DNA of 63,924 nt, filler included, from Lenisia limosa (GCA_001655205.1; 18 parts of 18 records of this genome joined end to end with filler, not necessarily neighbours in it), one strand, 5' to 3'. Shown: positions 8,688 to 21,849, numbered from the whole stretch's first letter. The notes: generated by a model from the letters alone, not told the origin. Numbers and translations: made by a program.

Positions 8688-11600
8688 TTCAGCAGTTGGA
8701 AAAGGTGAACGTTTCTTGGCTCACTGACTTGGTTGTAGGCCCAAATTCTCCCGGAAAACCTGAAATGGTGATATTCTGTCGGAAAGCCTGAAATGGTGAT
8801 TTTTTGAATATACACTAAATAAAATAAAATCTAAGGTTGTAGGTTGAGCTTCATCACTTCGGTTCGAAAAATGACTGAATTTACCGAGAGATATTCAATC
8901 TGGGAGGTTCCCTACGCTCCGAAAAAGACCGTGAAAAGAGGATTTTTCGAGAAATGTAATCTTTTTCGGACCAAAGTGAAAGCACACATCACACATCATA
9001 TCCTCACTGGAAGCCTGTTATGGTGACATCTACGGCTTCCCTCCGATCCAAAAAATGTCTGAATTTCTCTATAGTCCCATCGACGACCCCCCCAACCATG
9101 ATGTGATAGCACAGCGGAATGCACTGAGGAAATGGCAGGTGACAACCCTCATGATTCCTCCCTTCAACTCGACATTGTCATTCTCTGCTTCTTTCCCCTT
9201 ATCTTCCTTTCCCTTCGGTTCCTCTTCCTTCTTCTCTTCCCCCTTCTGTTCTTCTTCTTTAGAGTCGCCTTCAGAGTTTAGCAGATTCGAGATTATCACC
9301 ATATAAAAAGTGTCTTATTATAGCACATGTTTGTACTAGGGCTTCACTTCAGTTCGAAAAAGACTGAACTTCTCAACAAATCCTCGAAAACTATCGCTTT
9401 CGAACCGAAGTGAATCCCTCAGTATACTGTATCATTTTAACTCGTAAGTCAGTAATACGATTATACTACAAGCTAGTGGATATGGGTCAACATAAATATA
9501 TCTACTATCATAGCACTAGTATACCATAAACACACATGATAATCATGGTAAAATAATGGAGGTGTATATATATCGATATAATAATATTATGCACTTAGAT
9601 ACATGTATACTTTGAAAGACACTGGCGGTAAGCAAACCTATTGAGGGGAGAACTTCACCAGAGACCTTGAATAGTGATATGATAATAAATTGTTTGAAAA
9701 GCCATTTTTCTTCTTCTCAAAAAAACACCTCCAATTCAGAATTTCATCATCGCAATAGTAAATAAAAGACATNNNNNNNNNNNNNNNNNNNNNNNNNNNN
9801 NNNNNNNNNNNNNNNNNNNNNNNNNNNNNNNNNNNNNNNNNNNNNNNNNNNNNNNNNNNNNNNNNNNNNNNNNNNNNNNNNNNNNNNNNNNNNNNNNNNN
9901 NNNNNNNNNNNNNNNNNNNNNNNNNNNNATTGTCTTTGCTCTTATCTTGCTTATCATCTTCCTTCTTCTTTTCCTCCTTCTCTTTTTCTTCCTCATTCTC
10001 ATCTTCCTTCTCATCTTCCTTCTCATCTTCCTTCTCATCTTCCTTCTCATCTTCCTTCTCATTTTTGCCTTGATTCTTCGCTTTGGCCTTCTGATGGGGT
10101 TTCTTTGAAGACAACCTGGTGGGTGAATTTTGTAGAGATGGGAAACAAAAATGTAATAACCCAATCCGTCCACACTATCACGCTTGAGATGAGAAATGGC
10201 CTGCCACACCAATAATTCTTTTGGGGAATTAATTGACAAAATTTGAAATTTTTAAGCATAAATAATAACAAAGGTATGACAATTGTTCCCCTTGATTTCT
10301 AATGTGTGAACACTGACCGCGATAAGTACTGACACGATTGACTAAAGATACACCAATATCCGTGATAAGTTCTGACACGATTGACGAAAGATAAAACTCA
10401 ATATTTCAGTGTATAAATTTCAACAAGTTAGGACTTACCGGATTCAGTAAAGTGACCGGGATAAGTTTTGACCGACAAATCGGTCAAAAAATATACCTAT
10501 CTCATTTCTTTCACAAACAACAAAAAACAACAGCAGAAAATCCCAACCCACTTTTCTTGTACCATGTGTCTCAGGAAGGGTGCATTGAGGTCAACAAGAG
10601 AGTGCTCCTCGCTGCCTATAAAATGTGATAACATATTTCAGACTCTTTCTTTTCAATTGTTAATATGACATCCGATATACATACCCCTAGGGCTTCACTT
10701 CGGTTCGAAAAAAGCCCAGAAAACTGTCGATAGTTTTCGAGGATTCTATAAATTTCGTCTTTTTTGGAACCGAAATGAAGCCTTACTCTCCACCCCCCAG
10801 CATTCTACTACCACCATTACTCTCCACCCACCAGGAGATGGCGTCGCCTTTTTGTAATCAACAAGTCCTTCAGAAGGGAATTTCCTGAAATAGTCACAGA
10901 ATACTTCAATAATAACCAATTGAAATAGTCACAGAATACTTCAATAATAACCTATTGAAATAGTCACAGAATACTTCAAGAATAACCTATTTGTTTTCAC
11001 TTATTTAGGGTTCCCCAATTGTAACGACTGCCAACAATCCAGAAAAGTTCAGACATGATATATACATATGACATGGGAACAACATAGTGCTATTTATTAC
11101 CCTAGATTGTTAGTGTAGATTTTTTCTGTTTATTTCCTATGATTGGGGCTGTATACTTTTTTCCCCTAGATTGTGAATGAAGATTATTTCTTGTCCAAAC
11201 AACTCACTGAATAGCCGAAGCGTAGAGGTTATACATGTCTTCAAGGTGGAAAAGCTGGAGGATAATTGAAAAAGATATATGAGTTTTTTTTTTTTTCCCC
11301 CAGTCTTTCATCCCTTCGCCCACAGTCTGGAAGCTGCCTTCGTGAGAGGCGGAGTAGAGAGCAGCAATATCAACAAGAATCTGCCTGGTTTGCTCTTCCT
11401 AGGGGAAAAATTGGAAATTTATGAAACAAACAAAAAAAAAAGAAGCCCAAATCAACTCAACTCTATGGGTTGACAACACACGAGGGTTGATAACTCTCAA
11501 TATTTAACTGGACTTGTTGAGACACGAGTTAAGCCTTAAGAATACAAAAATCATATCTTCTGAAACATAACAATCACGATGTCCGCTCAAGGAAAATGTT

Positions 11601-11856
11601 AATTTTCGTCTCTGCTTTTCTTGTGTATTTTCCTTGTTTCATATCTGATAAATGTACTAGTATATGTATATTTAATATTTTAATGTGGTGTCCTTCTCTT
11701 AAAGAGCAAGGAACTTCCCACAAACGGTTGGTGCACAAGTCTTATCCCCCCAGCACTTCTAAAAAGGGTGACAAATTGTGATGATTGTGATGATTGTGAT
11801 GATGGTGACTAATTGTGATTATGATGGTGAAAAATTGTACTGGTGATGATGATGAC

Positions 11857-11889
<33 letters not shown>

Positions 11890-13806
11890 GATGATGATGA
11901 TGATGGTGGTGGTGGTGATGATGATGGATGATGATGATTGGTGGTGGTGATGATAGTGGTGAAGATGAAAGTGCAGCTAGAGGAAGGGAGTAAAAAGATA
12001 TAGCATAGTCATGAAGCAAAATGAAGCCCCCAAACTCAACCCATAAACCTGAACAATAAGGTTCTTAAGCTCCACGATATTGATATGGGCAGGGTTGGCA
12101 GCTTTGTGGGGGACTATGAGAATCGTATTGGCTTCCTGAGCCAGAACTGAAGTGTCAAAAACAATTAAAGCAGGAATTCAAATGAGATAGTTGTCTCGGA
12201 TAGCAGATTAATTATCGAAGAATAGGCCTTCCTTGGAGTGATTTATCAAATATGATATTATTCTATTGTGAATTGATAATAATGCTACATAGTAAAACCC
12301 CCGCTCCCCTCTTACAAACATACAGTGACTGAGATCAGTCTTGACCGATTTGCTCAATGATTTCCCAAGGAAAATCGGTCAAGACTTATCCCGGTGTACA
12401 CAATTTACTTGCATTCCCCCATAAATAAGAAATAAGGATCCATCCCTACGCATCGGGATGAGCTCGTAACCACCAATAACGATAGCCTTCTTGACCTTGT
12501 TGTCCAAGAGATGCCGGGCCAACTTGGTGTCAATATCGCCGCCGGTGCCGGGGCCGCTGAGAGTACCCGTGATTTCAGCTGGCTGGGGGAGTGGAGGAGT
12601 AAAATGGGTAAACGTCGTAAAACAAAAAACTAAAAAGATTGGAAAATGTAGCACAAAGGATGAAGGAGTGGCACTGGAAAATGAACGACAAAACAAACAA
12701 AGCCCTGGCCAGTCACTTCTACATCCCGCAGTAAAGAAAAAAAAAAGATGACTGGGATGTACGGCTTCACTTCGGTTCCAAAAAAGACTGAATTACTCGA
12801 TAAATCCTCTGAAACTAACGATATTTCCACAAGTTTTTGGAACCGAAGTGAAGCCCTACTGGGAGGTAACCGAGTTTCCCGAGCCGGGATACCTACCTGG
12901 GTACCAAGAAATTGGTAGATGTTGGCGGCCGCAATAATTTCGGCTTTTCTGAGGGCGGGAGTACCGGGAAGCATGGGGGAGTTGACCTTGATCTTGAGAT
13001 CAGACCTCATTACAATTTTCGGCAAGTATAATGACAATAAGATGATGAACGAATTGATTTGAACTGTATGACACAGTGACAGGGATAAGTCGTTTTTCTT
13101 GGGAAATCCCATCCCAAATCGGTCAAGACATATCCACTGCACATGTACAATATTACTATGGGATCGCATAATGAGATGTTTGGGCAAGTATAACGTTAAT
13201 ATGATGGAAATGACAGCATGTAAGATGTCAAAAAAGCATCGCATTATTAGGGTCCTTGTACCAACCCTCTTCTTTCTCTTGCTTGCCATGAAGAAGAGCG
13301 GCTCTGGGGGAAGAGGATCAAAGAGGACGGATGATGAATGATAAATGGATTTTCCACTCCCCTATCACCCCGCATCAATACCATCAAAACACCATGACCC
13401 CCCCCCCCATTTTCNNNNNNNNNNNNNNNNNNNNNNNNNNNNNNNNNNNNNNNNNNNNNNNNNNNNNNNNNNNNNNNNNNNNNNNNNNNNNTCTGACTGA
13501 AGCCGTACACATCCTCACACCTAATAAGAGATATTGGATTATAGTAAAATTTCATATTAAAACCACCACCATTATAATACAACCGTGCCCTCCATCATCA
13601 TTATGGCTAGGATTTTCCTACGGTCCCATAAAAGACGGAATTTCTCGATAAATCATCGATAAATTGATATTTTACCGGTTTTTTGAACCGTCAGGAAACC
13701 CTATTTATAATACAACCGTAACACCTCACCCCCCCTACCGCTACCTGCGAACATCACTGACACAGATCCTGGAAGATCCCAAGTGGTGAGACAAGAACAG
13801 AGCAAC
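8688..13806 (-). CDS. Uncharacterised multi-exon gene with an acidic (EDEK)n segment, partial
   Basis: Chain of GC-richer GT-AG-bounded exons, e.g. PAEITGTLSGPGTGGDIDTKLARHLLDNKVKKAIVIGGYELIP, SGSQYDSHSPHKAANPAHINIVELKNLIVQ and EEQTRQILVDIAALYSASHEGSFQT. No family recognised; could be more than one gene. Confidence 0.5.
8840..8986. mobile_element. Composite hAT-type MITE (A-left, internal B-left, A-right)
   Basis: CACTTCGGTTCGAAAA at about 8855, a second start TTCCCTACGCTCCGAAAA at about 8908, and a right end at about 8975. Nearby copies: 9337-9420, 10688-10785, 13608-13703, 14165-14248. Confidence 0.7.
10312..10495. mobile_element. Rearranged Tc1/mariner MITE remnants
   Basis: Tandem pair of left-TIR-like segments (CCG(C/T)GATAAGT(A/T)CTGACACGATTGAC) and an internally deleted copy at 10450-10495. 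Confidence 0.55.
10886..10990. repeat. 35-bp tandem repeat, 3 copies
   Basis: TGAAATAGTCACAGAATACTTCAATAATAACC(A/T)AT. Confidence 0.95.
12323..12396. mobile_element. Tc1/mariner-type MITE copy
   Basis: Same TIR. Other copies: 13074-13139, 38103-38167, 41415-41492, about 46190-46265. Confidence 0.8.
12760..12858. mobile_element. hAT-type MITE, A-type ends
   Basis: TIR GGCTTCACTTCGGTTCC / GGAACCGAAGTGAAGCCCTA; flanks CTGGGATG / CTGGGAGG (7/8). Confidence 0.85.
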
Positions 13807-13950
13807 TGAATACAATAAGACCAGTAGAGGTTGAATCAATAAGAGAGGCTGTAGAGAGGTTCAATACAATAAGATCTAGAGAGAGGCTCTAGAGATTAAA
13901 CACAATATAAGGTTAGTAGAGAGGTTAAATACAATAAGGCCAGTAGAGAG
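13805..13950. repeat. Degenerate tandem repeat of about 27-35 bp, about 5 copies
   Basis: AATACAATAAG(A/G)CCAGTAGAGAGGTT variants. Confidence 0.75.
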
Positions 13951-14366
13951 GTAGTAGTGGTAAAGAAAAGGGGAGATGGAATGGAAAAGAAGAAAGAAAT
14001 ACTGCCACTTTAACTCCATTTCAAACATTTTAGTTTTCTAACAATATTAATTACTACACTGTGATATGATAGCAAGATGAAATGCATGAGAGATAATAAC
14101 ATAAGAGTCAAAGATATGAAGAGCAATAGAGGAGCTTTATACCGATCCCCCCCATTGTATAAGTTAGGATTTCGATTCGGTTCGAAAAAGGCTGAATTTA
14201 AATCCTCGAAAACTATCAATATTATTCCCGAACCGAAGTGAAGCCTGATGTATAGTGTAGTCCCCCNNNNNNNNNNNNNNNNNNNNNNNNNNNNNNNNNN
14301 NNNNNNNNNNTTAATTAATTAANNNNNNNNNNNNNNNNNNNNNNNNNNNNNNNNNNNNNNNNNNNN

Positions 14367-15295
14367 AAATGGCAGTAAACTTTTGAAAACCCTAACTTAT
14401 GGGGGGAAAGCACAGTACTATATCAATGGACTAAACAAATACACAAGGGTTTGGGATGGATAAATAAGGAAATATCAGTGAAGAGTCATAAAAACAGTGA
14501 CGGTTCTCAAATAGCACAACCAAGGAAATGACATTCCTCATCCACATACCTCGCGTAATGATGATTCAGAAGTGACCGAATATACAATGAGGAAAGCTGG
14601 AAACATAAAACAACAAGTAATACGATCCAACTAAAATCATATGAAGTAGACAGGTTACTAAGATCACACAGCCCTTCCTACCCTGGCCAGTTCTGTAATA
14701 TTGGTCGCGCATGCATGAGTATTCTTCTTGTCCAGCTGTGTCAAGGATATCTAAAGGGTTAGTTATCTGCATTGGGTATTCTGATTAACATTGTTTCCTA
14801 GAATACACACACAAAAAAAAAAACACAACATCATCCAAGATAAAAAGAAACAAACATAATAATTATTATAAAAACCAAAAATAGAGTAACACCCCCACCA
14901 AGAAGACAGACGGTACCTCCGTCATCACGTCTGAACTTCTTAATGGAATTGTGATCTGTCACTTTACCAGCGTCTGCAGCTGTAATTTCGAGATCCTGAA
15001 GTATTAGACAGTGATGAATAATCTCACAGAACATATTACGTCGTAAAACAAATTAAATAAGAAGAGTAGTGTAACAATCAAATCAAAGACCTTTGTAAAA
15101 GCGGAAAATGGGATGGAATATGAAATCACGATACCTGCCCAGGTCAAGATTAATCAACTCAAAGATTGTGAATTAAACCAATCTGACGCACCACCAGGCA
15201 AGACCTACCTTCTTGGGGACATATGCGTACTCTGTCTCGTGTGGTGACACGTATATCTTCTCGGCACCAAACTTAACAAGGCTGTGCTCGTCCAT
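14367..15295 (-). CDS. Ras-family-like protein with atypical N-terminus, 3' truncated
   Basis: Spliced DGGTVCLL|[23 protein letters not shown]|[10 protein letters not shown] is a near-perfect Ras G3 region. No GxxxxGKS/T motif is found upstream. Confidence 0.75.
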
Positions 15296-15555
15296 TATTA
15301 ACTGATCCCTAAATATTCAGGGAGAAGTGAGGGAAAGGCTTTCAGTGGATTTTCTCAATTAAAATAGGTTTGTTTGTTTTAAAATGTGTGAATTTTTGTT
15401 TTGGAGGGATGAAAAAAGCCACTGAGACAAGGCTACTTTTATGGTGGGGGATGGTGGCGACGGGCTTGGGCTCTTTAGCTCAAATTTTTGTGATTTTTTG
15501 GCATTTTAAGAAGTTTCTCTAGTTAGGTATAATAGTTCTATAGTTGAATATCAAG

Positions 15556-18500
15556 ATGCCGACCGCAGAGACTTCAGGAACGTTCTATGAGGAATGGGTA
15601 GGCATCTTTTCGTGCAGTCTTGTCCTTATTTCGTAGGGAAATGAGTTCATTATAGAGATGCAGGTCTACGATGCCGAGTAGGCGGTCATTGTTTCGGGTA
15701 GTGACACTTAATCGGGCTTTGGGTTGGTCTTCTGCCTTTCCTATCGAGTAATATTGTTAATTTCATGATAAATGGTGCATTTATGGTTGACGTACTCTCA
15801 GTTCTTGTTTCCTCTTTGGTTTACATGGCCTAATTTCTTTTGATTCTTGCATGATGTATTTGCATTCCCCGTAGATGATCGGGTTCCAGTCTCTTATAAG
15901 CTTGGAAAAAAATATAGTTTTATTTCAGGTATATATTTTCTTGTCATTGACACCGAACAACATGGATTATTATTTAGGTGGTTCAAATGGTTCATGGAGT
16001 TCGTGTCTCTTCTTGGTGAGACGGTGGAATGTAGTATAGAGCTGTCTGAAAAATTGACGTTGACTTAATATGACTAAGGCTCGATCTTCATCCTAGTTTC
16101 TGGGATAGGCGATATCATTTCTCATTTCCTTCATCTCTTCCACAGGCCTTGGAGGGCTCTATGTAGGGCTTGGCGGCTACTTTTTCTTCTGCAAAAGCAG
16201 GCAACTCGCAATCCCGTTCTTCTACATCTCCATCATCACATCTGCCTTTGTGATTTTTACCAAAATGCGTAGGAGTGTGGTTTGATGACTTCACAGTTGG
16301 GTCTGTAATGACACTTTTGATGCAGTGAGACATGTAAACCTCACACCCACAAAATCTAAGGTTTTAGTGTTTATGGGGTCACGCCCGTATTGGATCAACA
16401 GTGATGTTCAAGCATGGGAGTGCAGAGGGTCAACTTTCGGTATGTTGGGCTTCTGTAATGGCTTATCTTGGTTGTTCTGTAATGGCTTTTAGAGCTTGGT
16501 TGTCCTGTAATGGCTTTTGGTTGTTAAAAACTTCATCCACCCCCCCCCCCAGGCTTACCAAGNNNNNNNNNNNNNNNNNNNNNNNNNNNNNNNNNNNNNN
16601 NNNNNNNNNNNNNNNNNNNNGGTTATCATGTGGTTCGCAGCCTACATTGCTCCTGAAATACAGAAAGTTGGTGGCGGTTTAAAAAACAACCTCTATTATT
16701 GTTGTTAAATGCTTTTCTATTGATTCTTTGCACTGAAATGGTCAAATATTGATCGTTAAGAAATGGCAAACCTATCTTCTCTGGGGCTCAACAATTGCAT
16801 GGACAGTGTTGGTAGCCTTTGCAAGAATGTATCTTGGCACACACTATCCCACTGATGTAAGCGACTTTTGGACCGCTTTTTATGGTACTTAGTATTGAAA
16901 CAGGGACAAGTCCTTTGGTTTTGTATTTTTAAACGAATAATATTGTTTTATTTATTTATCGGCTTCTGTGAAAGAGTGTATGTACACCTCCGCTTTCAGC
17001 AATCGCTTTTTATACGTAAAAAATTCAGCAACAAGTATGAGACGATAGTTGTCGGGGTCAATATGATGGCTTGTTTGGAACGAAGTGGCCCTTTTTTATT
17101 CTTAAGATGATTGCTGGACTCATCTTCGGCTTCGTCATTATGGCGTGCCAGCTGACTTGGATCCCAAAAGTCATCATGAACGTCACTATTAACTTTCCTA
17201 AAGTCCGAGACCGGTGGGGGGGGGGGGGNNNNNNNNNNNNNNNNNNNNNNNNNNNNNNNNNNNNNNNNNNNNNNNNNNNNNNNNNNNNNNNNNNNNNNNN
17301 NNNNNNNNNNNNNNNNTTTTAGTGGCTGCTCTCTCAACCAGTGTTCTCTTCATTCTCATCAGCATAACCGAGCATGCCAAAGATACTGTGTATGCTACGG
17401 GGTGGTATATACAATATGGTTCGGAATCAACAGTTGCCGTACACTCTACATGACTATGGAGGCTTGACCGATTTTTTTTTAAAAGGAAATCTGTTTCATT
17501 CCGATCAACACTTGTCATGGTCACTGTATTTTCTGACTGAGTTTGATGAACCAGTAATACATGCCCGTTTCTTATGCTCTAGCGACACCACTGAGTATCA
17601 GCGGGTTTCTGACGTGCAGGTGGGAGAGGGGGGCAGATGAGACCTACTATTCGACATAATGTTTGAAATAGTGCTTTAGGTGTTTATTGGAACGCTCTGG
17701 TCTTGACAACTTTTGAAATCTTTTTTAAAAAACAAAATTGTGAAAGCCACAGCTTTTACCTAGTCTAGTGTGACGACACCCTGAACCCCGCGAGACACAA
17801 CAACACTGTCTTACTCTTCGGTGCTGTCCTTGGCCTTTTGTTTGGTTTAATGTGGGCCTTGGATTATTTGGGCATTTCCTACTTTCTGGTTTTCAGATAG
17901 GAGCATATTTGATTTATTTCATCATTTTATTCTTATTGTTTTAGTATTCCCGGAGCTGAGTTCGACCCTTCAGAAGGAAAACCTCTAAGTAGGCATTGTC
18001 TGCGATTTTTTTTTTTTTTGAGTTTTTTATTTCTATGTATACTTTCGTGATTATTGAGATAGTATATACATATCGATATGACATATCGTTATTTTGATAG
18101 AATGCTGTTTTTGGGAAACTTTGATCCTGTATCTTCATAGTGTTGTCATTTCTAATTTGCACCAGTTCGCTATTGTGTTAGGCCCATTTTCTGTTCGGTT
18201 CCTGCTTTGGTGTTCTTCCAAACAAGCTTGTTTGTCCAAGACATTTTTGGTGTTAAAGTGTGTTTGGATGAAGAGGTTCTGGATTGACAGCTTTCATAAT
18301 CAGCCATATTTTGGGCTATTCAGACCAGGTAAATAATTACCCCTGTTTTAATCGATATTTTACTGATCTTTTTCTGAACAGAGTGAATCCCTAACCATCA
18401 ACACAGGACCCAGACTTCTTCTACTTCTTCATTGAGACCATCAACATCTTCGTGATCTGCTTTTATGTTATTTGGCTTGGTAGGGGGGGGGGGTGTTTCA

Positions 18501-20308
18501 GCTGTTTGTGAATTGAAGCTTTCCTAATTCAAAAGGCCCGTTCTTCGCTCTGAAACTCGGTTTCTGTAAGGCACCCGTGGAGACGTCCCTCGATTCTGTT
18601 GTTGTTACTGACGCTGCTTCCGAGTGGGAGGAGGGCATTAATTGGATAACTGGGTCAATTTTTTTGAGAAAACTGTTATTATGCGTGTACTCTTGTGCAG
18701 ATGGAGCGCTTAGCAACAAATTCAATGGTTTGCCTGTGAAGCCTTCGTGTTTTGTCTTTTTCAAACATTATGTTATCTAAACCGAGCCTGAAATCCCAAT
18801 TTTGTGCCAAAATAGCCTAAAGCCAGTTTCATTTTGCTTTAACTGAGTAGGACGACAGCGACCGATGCAGGCAACAACGCCCAGCTCCAAGAAGTTGAAC
18901 CCGAGAAAGAGAAAACAGTCACAACTCCGGAAGCCGATACTGAGTGGGGATTTGGAATAAATAGGTAATATATTTTCGTGCATACATGTAGTGTATATCG
19001 ACCTCTCTTCATAATCAATCAGCAGGAAAGAAGATTCTCCCAAGTGCGAAATCGAGGATTCACCAAAGTGTGAAACTCCCACAGACCCCCTGGAAGACCA
19101 ACAAGTCCCGCAGGTCTAGGGGTTGTTTCTCTTTTTCGTTTTGGTTGTATTTGAATGGTGTAAATGTGTATCATAGGGTTATGGTGAGTCGTCATTTGTG
19201 TACAGTTTTTTGTTTGGTTATTCATGTTAATTCTCTTTGGGGGGGGGGGGCGCGGCTTTTGCATACATACGATTCAAACAAGCAATCGATTAGATCCAGT
19301 AATTACTCATACTATGCTGGATTATTGAATAATGAGTTAGTAGATATTAGTTAGTCTGGGCTGGTATCTGTTTATGCAACTGTTTGGCAATACGGGGTGT
19401 GTGGGGGCTCAACCGCAGCCTGACTGCAGCTCATCTGTACCACATGAAGCACTATAGTCAGGTTTAATTGATGACTTCACAGATAGGAAATTTAAGCGGA
19501 TATGATATGTCACGCTGAAGTTGGGAAAAGTCGATCATGAAGATCAGCCATACTAAACTCAAATTAAACAAAAATATTACCTTATTACCTCTTCCTCCCC
19601 CTATAATGCGTAAACCACCAGACGATGAAGAAGATGACGAATGGGACATTGAACTCTCGGACGAGGACATGAGTAGTGAGATCGCGTCGGTGGACTTCAC
19701 TGATGACGACCTGTCACCCCTCCCTGTCCGTCAGCACAACGGTAATGACTTGAGGGAGGCAAGACAGATCAGCGCCGAGTCGTTGTCGAAGAGTCTCAGG
19801 CCTGAAGCGCCTCCGTCTCCTCGAGCGCCGCCAACCCACAGCCCTCCAGAGGCCCATGACTCGTTCAATGTGGGTTGAGATCTGAATTATGCATAGATGA
19901 AATCAATGTTTGCGTACGTAGATCCCATGAAAGTCCAGACTATGCACTAAGAATGCACAGGTTATTATGGATTGATAAGAATATCTGACTTTTGTTTTTG
20001 GACAAAAGGGACAATAAAAGGGATAATTAAAATTAGGTGTTTGCGTACACATTTGTACTCTGAACAAAAGCAACTGATAGGAAAAGAAAGAAACAATAGA
20101 TTTTCTTGATATCCCATTTTCTCTTCAATATTCTTATTCTACTCCGTTTTGCTGTGTAAAACTGCATGTGCTTTATATAGTGAATTAACCAACTTAGTTT
20201 TGTTTTATTGCATACATTTCTATTACCTCGCAGGTTGGACGAAGTATGTCAGCCTCAACATTCTCCTCGCATGCTTCAGGGTCTGAGTTGTCCCTCAGAG
20301 TCCAGCAG
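15556..20308 (+). CDS. PAP2/G6Pase-type membrane phosphatase with a probable long disordered C-terminal tail, 3' truncated
   Basis: Motifs MGSRPYW, FG|LPS (runs into an N gap) and FARMYLGTHYPTD, followed by several TM exons. Exons after about 18850 are acidic/Pro-rich and may belong to the same or a second gene. Confidence 0.7.
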
Positions 20309-20444
20309 GTGGGGAGGCTTTGATCGTTTCAGATTTATTATCAGNNNNNNNNNNNNNNNNNNNNNNNNNNNNNNNNNNNNNNNNNNNNTTAATTAATTAA
20401 NNNNNNNNNNNNNNNNNNNNNNNNNNNNNNNNNNNNNNNNNNNN

Positions 20445-21400
20445 ATGAACTGGATGATGGAAGATCAACTTTCTTCTCAAGACGTGAATTTTTGGACTCC
20501 CTAGCAACATATTTCTCAACTGTTGTATCTGAACTTCTCAAAATTGACCTTGATGTCACTAACGTTGCCAACTCAAAAGAGGTTTGACGAGCGTTTTTTT
20601 TCAACCTTTAATTGTGTTTAGCTGCACCAATTCCTTCCAAACCGAGCGCTCAAGATACATGATCGTGTCTCTGAATTCTGCAAACTCCATTTTCCTGGAG
20701 GCTCCATTTTTGTAGCATCTGCTGAAGCGGCCTTCCGACGAACACTCAATAGTTCGATTCTCTTCAACTCGTTCTCATCCTCTCCTGCTGCCTTTACCTG
20801 TGGGGCACATGTTGGACATAGTACATAAGACGTAATACTATATACTACATGTCATGTATACTATTATATATGTATGATAATAATATATTATATTATATAT
20901 TATGAAAGATGCAAGATATAGTACATGTGTCTCTCTTATGCCCATTATATCTGACCACATAGCTGAATTTGCTGACCTTGTGATTAACACATCAACACTC
21001 AATGAGGCTCAACCGCAGCTCACCCTTCTGGCTCGACTGTTGGAAGACGTGGATGAGCTTCGGCATTATCTTGAACTGCATATTTCTTACAGGTTGGTTG
21101 GTTGGAAGTAAAGCATGTAGTATATGTATGCCTATCATATGTTGTGAATAAGTCTTTAGATTGCTCCGACGTAACTCCGAGCGGAACCTTGAGGAAGAGT
21201 CTGATCTTCTTGCTGTCTGGAAGGTTGGAGTTAGGACTCTCATGCTTACTTGTGTTGACACTTTATGTTGTTTATGTAACTTTTTCCTTCTAGAAAATGT
21301 TTGGTGTTGAGTTTGTGAGTCGAATGCGTCGAATGGTTTCAGACAGTGCCCAATCAAGGCAGCTGTCGGAGTCGTGTCCCTTACCAAGACGTTAGGGGGG
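20445..21400 (-). CDS. Uncharacterised gene fragment
   Basis: GT-AG-bounded open exons (VKAAGEDENELKRIELLSVRRKAASAD...; LKKNARQTSFELATLV...). No homology recognised. Confidence 0.35.
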
Positions 21401-21748
21401 GGGGGACTTCTGAGTATTATTTGCATATACTATATCATAGTATTTGTAATCGTCATCGTGTTATATGATAGAATAATATCGTATCATGTGTACTACACTA
21501 TAAACCATACATGTACTATTATATTATAAATTATGATATAATAATTAGTCCAGAATTCTATGTATCTTTAGTAATTCCATAACCTCTCCCCCCCCCCCCC
21601 NNNNNNNNNNNNNNNNNNNNNNNNNNNNNNNNNNNNNNNNNNNNTTAATTAATTAANNNNNNNNNNNNNNNNNNNNNNNNNNNNNNNNNNNNNNNNNNNN
21701 CATAACCTGCATAACCCCCCTCCATATTAATACTACCCACCTCGAAAC

Positions 21749-21849
21749 TAGGCCTTCACTTAGGTTCGAAAAAAAGACGGAGTTTCTCGATAAATCCTCG
21801 AAAACTATCGATATTTTACCGAGTTTTTTCGAACCGAAGTGAAGCCCTA
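21749..21849. mobile_element. hAT-type MITE copy
   Basis: Near-consensus copy. Further copies: 22159-22259, about 23595-23691, 27208-27310, about 28530-28628, 45435-45535; fragment at 18350-18393. Confidence 0.8.
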
